A stretch of DNA of 64,000 bases, taken from contig JALNZW010000001.1 of the NCBI GenBank assembly GCA_023229115.1, positions 6,861 through 70,860 of the forward strand. The letters run 5' to 3'. Under the pieces are notes generated by a model. That model was not told the origin of the DNA, searched no databases, and was given only the letters and a program-made list of their open reading frames with translations. Origin of the DNA: Patescibacteria group bacterium. GTDB taxonomy: Bacteria; Patescibacteriota; Patescibacteriia; Patescibacteriales; UBA12465. Below are positions 17,994 to 26,183 of the stretch, in pieces. Within the stretch, counting starts at the first letter, position 1. Every line of letters starts with the position of its first letter. A program made the translations under genes and the position numbers.

Positions 17994-18245
17994 GCTTTAT
18001 CCAAAATTATGATCAGGCTATTATAGTATCTAGCGATGGAGATTTTTATTGCTTAGTTAAATATTTATATGAACAAAATAAGTTAGCCAGAGTGATAAGC
18101 CCAGATGTTCAAAATTGTTCAAAATTATTAAAGAAAACAGCAAAAGAAAAGATTGTTTTTATGGACAATTTAAGAAATAAGTTGGAGTATTTTTCTAAAC
18201 AAAAAAGCACCGCTTAAAGACGAAACTTTAAGAGGTGCTTTTTAA
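17994..18245 (+). pseudogene. 5'-truncated NYN/LabA-like domain gene remnant
   Basis: The frame opens right after a stop and has no start codon. It encodes ..YDQAIIVSSDGDFYCLVKYLYEQNKLARVISPD.., the C-terminal part of an NYN domain. Confidence 0.5.
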
Positions 18246-18448
18246 TAGAAATTCTATTGTTATGATAGCATATAAAAATAAAAAAAGCAATAGCTTTATA
18301 TTTATTGTTAAACAATATTTAAAAAACTTTTACATTTCTAAATAATAAAAATGTTAAATATAGATTGGTTTAGAATGATATTTCTGAGATGTTCGCAAGA
18401 TATATCAAATTTAGTATAAAAAGCGAAGTATTTTATTAAAAACAACAA

Positions 18449-18501
18449 GTTTGTATATACCTCTTAACTTCATGTATACAAACTGCTATACTTTGTATAC
18501 A
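18449..18501 (+). promoter_or_regulatory. three TGTATA(C/T)A palindromic boxes (operator-like)
   Basis: GTTTGTATA (18449-57) and TATACAAAC (18475-83) form a 9-bp inverted repeat. A third TTTGTATACA lies at 18492-18501. TATAAT at 18521-26 precedes the 18545 gene. Confidence 0.3.
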
Positions 18502-18544
18502 TTACAATTTAATGAATATTTATAATAAATAAATAGATAAAAAT

Positions 18545-19099
18545 ATGAAAAAAGTTTATATTATTCATAGCTGGGGAGCTGATTCCAAATCAGATTGGAT
18601 TCCTTGGTTAAAAAAAGAATTAGAAAACAAAGACTTCGAGATTCATACTCCAGACATGCCAGAAACTGATGAGCCAATTATTGAAAAATGGGTAGGGAAA
18701 CTAGAAGAATTATTACCAAATCCAGACGAGAATTGTATTTTGATTGGCCACAGTATTGGCTGTCAGACTATTATGAGATATTTGCAAAATTTAGATAATA
18801 AAAAAATTGACAAGATTGTTTTAGTTGCTCCTTGGTTTAATTTAAAAGGTTTAGAGAACGAAGAATTACCAATTGCCAAGCCTTGGTTGGAAACGCTAAT
18901 TGATTTTGATAAAGTAAAAGAAGCTACTAAAGATATTGTATGTTTATTTTCCGACAACGATCCAGTTGTTCCTGTTGAGGATGAAAAATTATTTAAAGAA
19001 AAATTGGGGGCAAAAACTATTATTTTTAGCAACAAAGGTCATTTTAAAAGTGAAGATGGGATAATAGAAATACCAGAAATTTTGGAATTTATAAAATGA
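18545..19099 (+). CDS. RBBP9/YdeN-family serine hydrolase
   Basis: YIIHSWGADSKSDWIPWL and the nucleophile elbow GHSIG. The ~180 aa size is typical. Confidence 0.75.
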   Translation: MKKVYIIHSWGADSKSDWIPWLKKELENKDFEIHTPDMPETDEPIIEKWVGKLEELLPNPDENCILIGHSIGCQTIMRYLQNLDNKKIDKIVLVAPWFNLKGLENEELPIAKPWLETLIDFDKVKEATKDIVCLFSDNDPVVPVEDEKLFKEKLGAKTIIFSNKGHFKSEDGIIEIPEILEFIK

Positions 19100-19134
19100 A
19101 AAAATAAACTATTTAATATTCAAAAACAAAATAA

Positions 19135-19165
19135 ACAACAGGAGTTTTGCGACTCCTGTTGTTTT
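19135..19165 (+). terminator. rho-independent terminator
   Basis: ACAACAGGAGT-tttgcg-ACTCCTGTTGT followed by a T-run. Confidence 0.7.
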
Positions 19166-19288
19166 ATTTAAAATTTACCTTAAATTTATCGGTATTATGC
19201 TATAATTTGTATTGAAAGTGGATATATTGCTATTTTTTTAGTTTTAGTGTATAATATGTATAGAAAGTAATATAATTAAGATTACTAT

Positions 19289-20071
19289 ATGAGCAAAAAA
19301 AACACAATAACTCTAAGTAAATCAGAGTTAAAAATATTAGAAGATTTAGTACTGGACTATGGGAGCGTGGTTGATTTTAATATGATTAGTAAAAAAATTG
19401 GGAAAAATAAGAATAAACAAGAAATCAAAAATATTATTGGAAAATTAGTAAAAAAGGGTTGGTTAGTTAGGATTAAGAGAGGTTTATTTGCTGTTTCAGA
19501 TATTTATAGTCGAGGGAGTGTTACTTTTAGTCAGCAAACCATAGCTCAGATTATTGATGTTAATTCTTATGTTTCTTTTGAGGGTGCTTTGCAATATTAT
19601 GGAATGTTTGATCAATATTTAAAAACTATAACCTCTATAGGTTTAAAAAGAGCTTATTATAAAAAATTTTCTAACTGGGTTTTTAGATATATTAAATCTA
19701 AAAAAGAATTATTTGGTGATTTTAAAGAATATAATATTGATGGTCGTTTAGTAAAGATTGCTATCAGAGAAAAGGCGATTCTTGATTTTTTGGAATATCG
19801 AAGAAGTTTTTATAGTGTTGATTTAGTGATTGAGAGATTGAAGGATTACAAAAATGATATTGACATGAAAAAACTTATTAGTATTAGCAAAAAATATTCT
19901 TTAACTAGTAAAAGGGTTTTGGGTTTTATTTTAGATTTTCTTAATTATAATTCAGACGATTTATATAATGAAATTAAAAAAAATAAAAATCATAGTTTTA
20001 TGACCTCTAAAAGTAAAAACTTTAATGCTAAATGGAGGTTGTATGTTGATGATTATTTTGTTAATAAATAA
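19289..20071 (+). CDS. abiEi: AbiEi-family type IV antitoxin / transcriptional regulator
   Basis: N-terminal winged-helix region with the KRGLFAV motif and SFEGALQYYGM. It lies directly upstream of the AbiEii gene. Confidence 0.75.
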   Translation: MSKKNTITLSKSELKILEDLVLDYGSVVDFNMISKKIGKNKNKQEIKNIIGKLVKKGWLVRIKRGLFAVSDIYSRGSVTFSQQTIAQIIDVNSYVSFEGALQYYGMFDQYLKTITSIGLKRAYYKKFSNWVFRYIKSKKELFGDFKEYNIDGRLVKIAIREKAILDFLEYRRSFYSVDLVIERLKDYKNDIDMKKLISISKKYSLTSKRVLGFILDFLNYNSDDLYNEIKKNKNHSFMTSKSKNFNAKWRLYVDDYFVNK

Positions 20072-20077
20072 TTTTTT

Positions 20078-20848
20078 ATGAGTGATATTAAATTGATTGA
20101 TAGAAGAAAATTGGAAGCTGTTAACAGAGTTTTATTAAAATATCCCTTAGCCATTGCTGAGAAGGATTATTTTTTGGCTATTATTTCCAAAATTATATTT
20201 GAATCCAAAATAAAAAATAAATTAATTTTCAAAGGTGGTACTGCACTGCACCATGTTTATTTGCCTCAATTAAGATTTTCTGAAGACTTAGATTTTTCTA
20301 GTGGTGGTGCCAAAATAGAAATAGACGAAGTCAGGGAGATTTTTTCTGATTTTGATTTTCTGAAAATAAAAAAAGATTATGTTTCCGGCGCTACTGTCAA
20401 GATTGAAAAGCTTCAATATTCTGGGCCGCTTGTTCAGCCCGATAGCATAAAAGTTGAAATTGATTTTTTGCAAAATGTTATTTTGCCACCCTTGGAGATG
20501 AATTATGTTAATGTTTACGGAGTAAAAACTAAGGTTCGAGTTATGGATATTAGAGAGATAATGGCCGAAAAAATTAGGGCTATGAGTGATAGGGTAAAAT
20601 ATAGAGATTTTTATGATTTTTCTATGATTATGACGAGACTCGAAGTTGATTTAAATGAAGTTTTATCTCTAGTTGAGAAAAAGGAAGTTCGCTCAACTAT
20701 AAGTGTTGAAAAGATTTTAAATAATTGGAATTTAGCTATTTTAGAAAAAGAAAATGACTTTGACAGTATTTACTATACTCAAAAATTAGATAATAATATA
20801 ATTGAAAGAGAATTAAAAAAACTTAATTTTAAAGATTTTAAAGTTTAA
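20078..20848 (+). CDS. abiEii: AbiEii/AbiGii nucleotidyltransferase toxin
   Basis: FKGGTALHHVYLPQLRFSEDLDF is the signature NTase motif of AbiEii. Confidence 0.85.
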   Translation: MSDIKLIDRRKLEAVNRVLLKYPLAIAEKDYFLAIISKIIFESKIKNKLIFKGGTALHHVYLPQLRFSEDLDFSSGGAKIEIDEVREIFSDFDFLKIKKDYVSGATVKIEKLQYSGPLVQPDSIKVEIDFLQNVILPPLEMNYVNVYGVKTKVRVMDIREIMAEKIRAMSDRVKYRDFYDFSMIMTRLEVDLNEVLSLVEKKEVRSTISVEKILNNWNLAILEKENDFDSIYYTQKLDNNIIERELKKLNFKDFKV

Positions 20849-20866
20849 AGTTAATTATTCTAAATT

Positions 20867-21475
20867 ATGAAAATCCTCATCGCCACTCACAACCCCGGAA
20901 AACTTAAACGATATCAAAATCTTTTTGCTGATTTTACTGATTTAGAATTAATAAGTCTAAGAGATTTAAATATTACTACTAAAATTGATGAACCTCACAA
21001 TAGCCCTGAGGAAAATTCTATTTTTAAAGCTAGGGAATATAGTAAAATTAGTCTTTTGCCAACCATAGCAGTTGATGAGGCCCTTACTACTAACTTTCTT
21101 CCCGAAAACGAACAACCAGGAGTTTTTGTTCGTCGTTTTAATAAAGAAAAAAGAGAGCTAAATGATTTGGAGGTTATAGAAATCTGGAAAAAAATTTCTC
21201 AACTTTATCCCGGAAAAAATCGTCGTTTTGTTTGGGATTTTAGAATGTCTTATTTTGATATTCAATCTAATTTTTTAAAAACAGCCAAGGCTATTCAAAA
21301 TGATTTTTTAGCTGATGAATTTTCTAATAAAATAAATCCCGGATATCCAATGTCTTCTTTTCTTGTTCCTGAAGGTTATAGCAAGCCTTATGTTGAGCTT
21401 GACTCTCAAGAGTTGTTAAAAATAGATAAGAAAAATTTGGAACCTTTTTCACTTCTTTTAAAATCAATTTTATAA
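20867..21475 (+). CDS. divergent Ham1-family NTP pyrophosphatase-like protein
   Basis: MKILIATHNPGKLKRY and ENSIFKA match Ham1. The usual DDSGL motif is replaced by VDEAL. Confidence 0.55.
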   Translation: MKILIATHNPGKLKRYQNLFADFTDLELISLRDLNITTKIDEPHNSPEENSIFKAREYSKISLLPTIAVDEALTTNFLPENEQPGVFVRRFNKEKRELNDLEVIEIWKKISQLYPGKNRRFVWDFRMSYFDIQSNFLKTAKAIQNDFLADEFSNKINPGYPMSSFLVPEGYSKPYVELDSQELLKIDKKNLEPFSLLLKSIL

Positions 21476-21579
21476 TAATAAAATTGAAGATTTTTTTATT
21501 TTTTGCGTATTAATAACAGAAACTATATCTTATATTTTTTTTTAACCAAGATAATTAAACTTATAAATTTTCAATTTGA

Positions 21580-22158
21580 ATGGATGTTTTAGATGATAAA
21601 AATAATTTAAGTGATGAACAATTAGTTGTTTTGAGCTTAGAAAATCATTTGGCTTTTTCAGTACTTGTAGATCGCTACAGGGATAAGCTTTTGAATTTTA
21701 TTCGTAAAATGTCGAATTTAGCTGTTGAAGATGCTCAAGATGTTTTGCAGGATGTCTTTTTAAAAGTATATTTAAATTTAAATAGTTTTGATGATGATTT
21801 AAAGTTTTCTTCTTGGATTTATTCTATTACTAGGAATCAGATTATTAGTAATTATCGTAAAATCAAAGTTCGACCAGAGGGTAATTCTATTAAAATTGAC
21901 GAAACATTAATTGAAAGATTAGTTTCTGATTTTAATATTGAAAAAGAATTAGATCTTAAAATATTAAATCAACAAATTTTTTCAGTCTTGAATGAGTTAA
22001 AGAGTAAGTGGAAAGAGGTTTTAGTTTTAAAGTTTTTTGAAGAAAAAGATTATGAAGAGATTTCCGATATTATTAAAAAACCTTCCGGCACTGTAGCTTC
22101 AATGCTCAATAAGGCTAAAAAAGAGTTTAAAGAAAAATATCAGGAAATGTATAATTAA
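21580..22158 (+). CDS. ECF-type RNA polymerase sigma-70 factor
   Basis: Region 2 (DAQDVLQDVFLKVY..FSSWIYSITRNQIISNYRK) and region 4 (YEEISDIIKKPSGTVASMLNKAKKEF). Confidence 0.85.
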   Translation: MDVLDDKNNLSDEQLVVLSLENHLAFSVLVDRYRDKLLNFIRKMSNLAVEDAQDVLQDVFLKVYLNLNSFDDDLKFSSWIYSITRNQIISNYRKIKVRPEGNSIKIDETLIERLVSDFNIEKELDLKILNQQIFSVLNELKSKWKEVLVLKFFEEKDYEEISDIIKKPSGTVASMLNKAKKEFKEKYQEMYN

Positions 22159-22168
22159 TTTTAAATTT

Positions 22169-22999
22169 ATGATAGAAAAAAATTTTTCAGATAAGATAAT
22201 GTCTGAAATTGAAAAGAAAAAATTAAAACCAAAGCCTCGTTGGGAGTTTGTTTTTAAAAATTATTTTTTATGGATAATTGGTTTTTTTTCTTTGATTTTT
22301 GGAGCCTTATCTTTTTCTTTGATTATTTATCTTTTTAATTCTAGTGGAGAGATTTTTTCCGATAGATTTGGTGCTTCTTTTTGGGAGGTTTTTTTAACTG
22401 TTGTTCCTATTTTTTGGTTAATCTTTTTAGCTTTGTTTGTTTTTCTTTTTTATTTAAATTTAAAGAAAACTAAAAAGGCTTATAAATATTCACCTCTTTT
22501 AATAATTGCTATTGGTCTAATTGCTAGTTTGGCTTTAGGTTCTAGTTTTTATATGCTTGGTTTTAGCAAAAAATTAGACAATCTTTTAGGTAAAAATATA
22601 AATCCTTTTGTTTATGGTCATCTTATGAATCCTCAACTTGAATTTTGGTCAAATCCGGAAAATGGTCGTTTAGCTGGAATTATTTCTGAAACAGGAGATG
22701 GTCAAAAATTATTTTTAATCGATAAAGATTCTAAGGAGTGGTTGGTTTATTATGATCAAGCCGAAATTAAACCTGCTGTCAATCTGGAAAAAGGATATCC
22801 GGTTAAATTTTTTGGCGAAATATTAGAGGATAATCAATTTGGGGCTATTAGAGTTATGCCTATGCACTCTGCTAATGATTTTTTTGAGAGGCCAGGAATT
22901 AGAAGACACTTGGAAGATTCTCTTTTTAGGCCTAGAATGGAATCAAGGGGAAGGGTTTTGGAAAAATGTGCTCTTCATAAAGATTGTTTGTTCGAATAA
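22169..22999 (+). CDS. membrane protein, possible anti-sigma partner
   Basis: Located 10 nt after the sigma gene. It has a cytoplasmic N-terminus, four TM segments and an extracytoplasmic C-terminal domain. No zf-HC2 motif was seen. Confidence 0.45.
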   Translation: MIEKNFSDKIMSEIEKKKLKPKPRWEFVFKNYFLWIIGFFSLIFGALSFSLIIYLFNSSGEIFSDRFGASFWEVFLTVVPIFWLIFLALFVFLFYLNLKKTKKAYKYSPLLIIAIGLIASLALGSSFYMLGFSKKLDNLLGKNINPFVYGHLMNPQLEFWSNPENGRLAGIISETGDGQKLFLIDKDSKEWLVYYDQAEIKPAVNLEKGYPVKFFGEILEDNQFGAIRVMPMHSANDFFERPGIRRHLEDSLFRPRMESRGRVLEKCALHKDCLFE

Positions 23000-23075
23000 A
23001 AAATGAAGGAATTTTTTTATCTTACGTATTAGTTTATAGGAGGCCATCCTAATTAATAATTAATTTAAAAAAATT

Positions 23076-23504
23076 ATGAAGAAAAATTATAAGAAATTAA
23101 TTTTTCCAGCTCTGGCTTTAGCAATTTTTGTTCCTTTAGTTTCCATGGCTGCTAGTGATACTTTTTCTTTCCCAGAGAGGGGGCAAAAAGCTATCCAATA
23201 TAAACAATCATCTTCAGAGAATTTTAATCCTTCTTTAGTTGATAGAGAGACTCGTCTAGCCGAAAGAGATGCTAGAAGATTAGCAAACAGAGCGAAGCAC
23301 ACAGAAATGATGAGTGTTTTAGAGTCAGGTGATTATAATGCTTGGTTAGAATTTGCTCAAAACAATGATTGCCCAATGATTTCTCAAGTAAATGAAGAAA
23401 ATTTTGCAGAATTTGTTGAAGCTCACAAGGAAAGAGTTGCCAACAGAAATAGTGAAACTAAAGAATTTAACCGAGGTGGTGGTTCTGGTAATAGGCTTAA
23501 ATAA
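23076..23504 (+). CDS. secreted protein, unknown
   Basis: Signal peptide MKKNYKKLIFPALALAIFVPLVSMAAS, then a charged helical body. Confidence 0.55.
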   Translation: MKKNYKKLIFPALALAIFVPLVSMAASDTFSFPERGQKAIQYKQSSSENFNPSLVDRETRLAERDARRLANRAKHTEMMSVLESGDYNAWLEFAQNNDCPMISQVNEENFAEFVEAHKERVANRNSETKEFNRGGGSGNRLK

Positions 23505-23536
23505 TTTTATTATTTTTTCTTAGAATTATTAAATAA

Positions 23537-23562
23537 AAAACCTGATTTAATTCAGGTTTTTT
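23537..23562 (+). terminator. rho-independent terminator
   Basis: AAAACCTGA-tttaat-TCAGGTTTT followed by a T-run. Confidence 0.65.
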
Positions 23563-23625
23563 ATTTGCTTTTATTCTGTTTTTGAAATAGAATCTAAGTA
23601 TAGAAATTAATTATTATTTTTATAT

Positions 23626-24021
23626 ATGCCAAAATTAAGCAATAAACTTTATCGCAACTGGATTTTTATAGTTGGAGTCTTAGCTACTATCGCTTATAGA
23701 ATTATTGTAGTTTTAAATCACTATAGTCCTGTTTTAGTGCAAATAGCTTGGTATATTGGAACCGTTGGTTTTGTTTGGTATTTTGCCCATCGTTTTAGAA
23801 TTGAAAATAGAAGGAATAAAACAATTAAAGAGATGAAGTTGGTGGAGAAAATAAATACTAACAATTGTTTAAGTGTTGAAGAAAAAAAATCACTAACTTA
23901 TATACTTGAAAGTTTGCAAACTAGTTTGGCTAAATGGAATTATATCATTATTTTTATTTTTTCAGCCTTAGCTTTGGTTTATGGTATTTATCAGGATTTT
24001 TTGATGAATTTCTTTAAATAA
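23626..24021 (+). CDS. membrane protein (3 TM), unknown
   Basis: 131-aa hydrophobic ORF. Confidence 0.5.
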   Translation: MPKLSNKLYRNWIFIVGVLATIAYRIIVVLNHYSPVLVQIAWYIGTVGFVWYFAHRFRIENRRNKTIKEMKLVEKINTNNCLSVEEKKSLTYILESLQTSLAKWNYIIIFIFSALALVYGIYQDFLMNFFK

Positions 24022-24050
24022 GTTTAGGCTAAAAAATAGTTTAAAAAATA

Positions 24051-24072
24051 AAAACCCGTTTGAGGGTTTTTT
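24051..24072 (+). terminator. rho-independent terminator
   Basis: AAAACCC-gtttga-GGGTTTT followed by a T-run. Confidence 0.6.
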
Positions 24073-24108
24073 GGTTTTTTATAGCTTTTTTTAGAATTGG
24101 CCTTTTAC

Positions 24109-24137
24109 TTGACAAAAATATATTATGGGTATATACT
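24109..24137 (+). promoter_or_regulatory. sigma70-type promoter (TTGACA-N17-TATACT)
   Basis: TTGACA at 24109-24114 and TATACT at 24132-24137. Confidence 0.6.
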
Positions 24138-24190
24138 CATAATAGATAACTTAGTCGAATTGTCTCTTTATAAAAAATAATTTTAAAATT

Positions 24191-24397
24191 ATGCCAAGAT
24201 TAGATGGAACTGGTCCAACTGGCCAAGGAAAAATGACAGGAAGAGGAATGGGTAAATGTGAAGGCGCTTCTGATAGGCAAGGAGACGGACGTGGAATGGG
24301 TAGAGGTTTCGGTGGTGGTTGTGGTCGAAGAAGAGGAATGGGCAGAGGAAGATGTTTCGATAATGACACCAATACTCAAGTCAGTGACCAAAAGTAA
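24191..24397 (+). CDS. DUF5320-family Gly/Arg-rich small protein
   Basis: MPRLDGTGPTGQGKMTGRGMGKC matches the characteristic DUF5320 N-terminus. Confidence 0.75.
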   Translation: MPRLDGTGPTGQGKMTGRGMGKCEGASDRQGDGRGMGRGFGGGCGRRRGMGRGRCFDNDTNTQVSDQK

Positions 24398-24400
24398 AAA

Positions 24401-24456
24401 GAAGGCTTGAGATCCGGTCTCTCTGTTAAACAGGGAGACCGAGAGGCCTTCTTTTT
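24401..24456 (+). terminator. long GC-rich hairpin plus T-run
   Basis: GAAGGC...CGGTCTCTCTG-ttaaa-CAGGGAGACCG...GCCTTC followed by TTTTTT. Confidence 0.65.
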
Positions 24457-24490
24457 TAAAATTATAACAAATTTATTTAAAATATCAATT

Positions 24491-24766
24491 ATGCCTAGAC
24501 CAAGACTTTGTCGTCAAGTTAATTTCAATCCTCATATTACTTATTTTAAACCTCAGGGAATTTCTCTGAGAGAGCTTAAGGTGGTTGAATTAAGTTTGGA
24601 AGAAATTGAAGCTTACCGTTTGAGGCACATTGAGGGTTTAGATCAAAAAGATTCTGCTTCTAAAATGGCTACTTCGACGGCCACTTATCAAAGGATACTT
24701 TATTCAGCTTCAGAGAAAATTGCTGATGCCTTAATTAATGGTAAAGCTATTAAGATTAATAAATAG
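24491..24766 (+). CDS. DUF134 (UPF0251) putative DNA-binding protein
   Basis: MPRPRLCRQVNFNPHITYFKPQG and LSLEEIEAYRLRHIEGLDQKDSASKM are typical of DUF134. The start is moved to ATG 24491 because the longer ORF runs through the terminator hairpin. Confidence 0.75.
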   Translation: MPRPRLCRQVNFNPHITYFKPQGISLRELKVVELSLEEIEAYRLRHIEGLDQKDSASKMATSTATYQRILYSASEKIADALINGKAIKINK

Positions 24767-24795
24767 CTATATTTTAATGCTTATTTCTTTATTGT

Positions 24796-24822
24796 TTAGC
24801 ACTCTTGACATAAGAGTGCTAA
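24796..24822 (+). promoter_or_regulatory. CIRCE operator (HrcA binding site)
   Basis: TTAGCACTC-N9-GAGTGCTAA is an exact match to the CIRCE consensus. It lies 30 nt upstream of hrcA. Confidence 0.9.
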
Positions 24823-24833
24823 TTTTATATAAT
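24805..24833 (+). promoter_or_regulatory. sigma70-type promoter overlapping CIRCE (TTGACA-N17-TATAAT)
   Basis: The -35 TTGACA (24805-24810) lies inside the CIRCE spacer. TATAAT is at 24828-24833. Confidence 0.6.
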
Positions 24834-24852
24834 TGTTTTGTAAATAAAAAAT

Positions 24853-25545
24853 ATGACAATTAGTGAAAGAAAAAAAAGTATTTTGTTAGCCATTATTAAA
24901 GAATATATTAAGAACGTTCAAGCGGTTAGTTCTGGTATGTTAGTTGAAAGATGTAAGTTGGATGTTTCTTCGGCTACGGTTAGAAATGAAATGGCTGAGT
25001 TAGAAGAGGAGGGCTATATATTTCAGCCCCATACTTCTGCTGGTCGAATTCCAACTGAATTAGCTTATAGATTGTTTGTTGATGAGTATGTTCTTTCTAA
25101 GAAAAAAAAGATTGATGATAGATACAAAAAAGTTTTAGATGAAACTTTTGATTATAACCAGGAATCTTTTAAAAAGGTAGCTAAAAAATTAGCCGATATT
25201 TCTGGTAATGCTATTTTCTGGGCTTTTCACAAAAATGATCTTTATTATACTGGAATATCAAATTTGTTTATTCAGCCGGAATTTAAACAGTCTAATGTGG
25301 TTTGTGATGTTTCTATTGTTATTGATCGAATGGAAGAAATAATTGCTGATATTTTTGATAAATTAAAAATTGGAGAAAATATTTTTATTGGTAGTGAAAA
25401 TCCCTTTGGTCAATTTTTGAGTTCTTTGGTTTTGAAATATGAACAAAAAAAACAAAGTGGTGTTATTGGAATTATGGGACCACTTAGAATGGATTATGAG
25501 AAAAATTTAGATTTGATTAATTATTTAAAAAGTAAGTTTCAATAG
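24853..25545 (+). CDS. hrcA: heat-inducible transcription repressor HrcA (short form)
   Basis: N-terminal winged helix (SSATVRNEMAELEEEGYIFQPHTSAGRIPT). Its position is upstream of grpE-dnaK and behind CIRCE. Confidence 0.85.
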   Translation: MTISERKKSILLAIIKEYIKNVQAVSSGMLVERCKLDVSSATVRNEMAELEEEGYIFQPHTSAGRIPTELAYRLFVDEYVLSKKKKIDDRYKKVLDETFDYNQESFKKVAKKLADISGNAIFWAFHKNDLYYTGISNLFIQPEFKQSNVVCDVSIVIDRMEEIIADIFDKLKIGENIFIGSENPFGQFLSSLVLKYEQKKQSGVIGIMGPLRMDYEKNLDLINYLKSKFQ

Positions 25546-25550
25546 TTTTT

Positions 25551-26126
25551 ATGAGTGAAGATTTAAAAAAAGATTTTGATCAAGAAAATGAGTTAGTAGA
25601 AGAAAAATTATCAGAAAATTCATCCCAGGAAAAAGATGAACAAAAAAATGATGATTTGAATGATTCTCAAGACGATTCTCAAGACGATTCGTTAATTGAT
25701 TTACAGAAAAAAAATGATGAATTAGAAAGTAAATACAAAAGAGCTTTGGCTGATTATCAGAATTTACTTAGGAATTCAGCCGAAGAGAAGAAAGAGCTGT
25801 TAAAATATTCTTTAGAAGGGTTTTTACTAGAGATTTTACCAATTTATGATAATTTAAATACTTCTATTCATGCTTTAGACGAAGATCAAAGTAAAAATCC
25901 TTGGGTAGAGGGTGTAAAGTATACTATTAAGCAATTTGATGATTTTTTCTCCAGAAATGGAATTGAGAAAATAAAAACTGTTGGAGAAAAATTTGATTAT
26001 AACAGTATGGAGGCAGTTGAAGGTGAAGGGGATTACGTTGTTAAGGAGCTTCGACCTGGCTATAAGTTAAAAGATAAAATTATAATTCCAGCTAGAATTG
26101 TAGCTGGCAGTAAAAATAAAAATTAA
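25551..26126 (+). CDS. grpE: nucleotide exchange factor GrpE
   Basis: RALADYQNLLRNSAEEKKE and LLEILPIYDNL motifs. Confidence 0.9.
   Translation: MSEDLKKDFDQENELVEEKLSENSSQEKDEQKNDDLNDSQDDSQDDSLIDLQKKNDELESKYKRALADYQNLLRNSAEEKKELLKYSLEGFLLEILPIYDNLNTSIHALDEDQSKNPWVEGVKYTIKQFDDFFSRNGIEKIKTVGEKFDYNSMEAVEGEGDYVVKELRPGYKLKDKIIIPARIVAGSKNKN
25662..25690 (+). repeat. 12-nt in-frame tandem repeat (GATTCTCAAGAC x2.4) in the grpE acidic N-terminus
   Basis: Encodes DSQDDSQDDS. The repeat length is a multiple of 3. Confidence 0.8.
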
Positions 26127-26183
26127 ATTTTTTCTTTTTTCATCTATAGTGAAAAACTATTTTGAAAAAAGAATTTAAAATAT

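Noticed and set aside
24151-24391. Two antisense ORFs (24151-24372 and 24200-24391) opposite the DUF5320 gene.
   Set aside because: They are products of the locally GC-rich Gly/Arg codon repeats, which remove stop codons on the other strand. The sense gene has a consensus promoter and a recognisable family N-terminus.
25662-25690. Tandem 12-nt repeat, considered as a possible mini CRISPR or phase-variation tract.
   Set aside because: It has only 2.4 units with no spacers. It lies in-frame inside grpE, encodes DSQDDSQDDS, and its unit length is divisible by 3, so it causes no frameshift switching.
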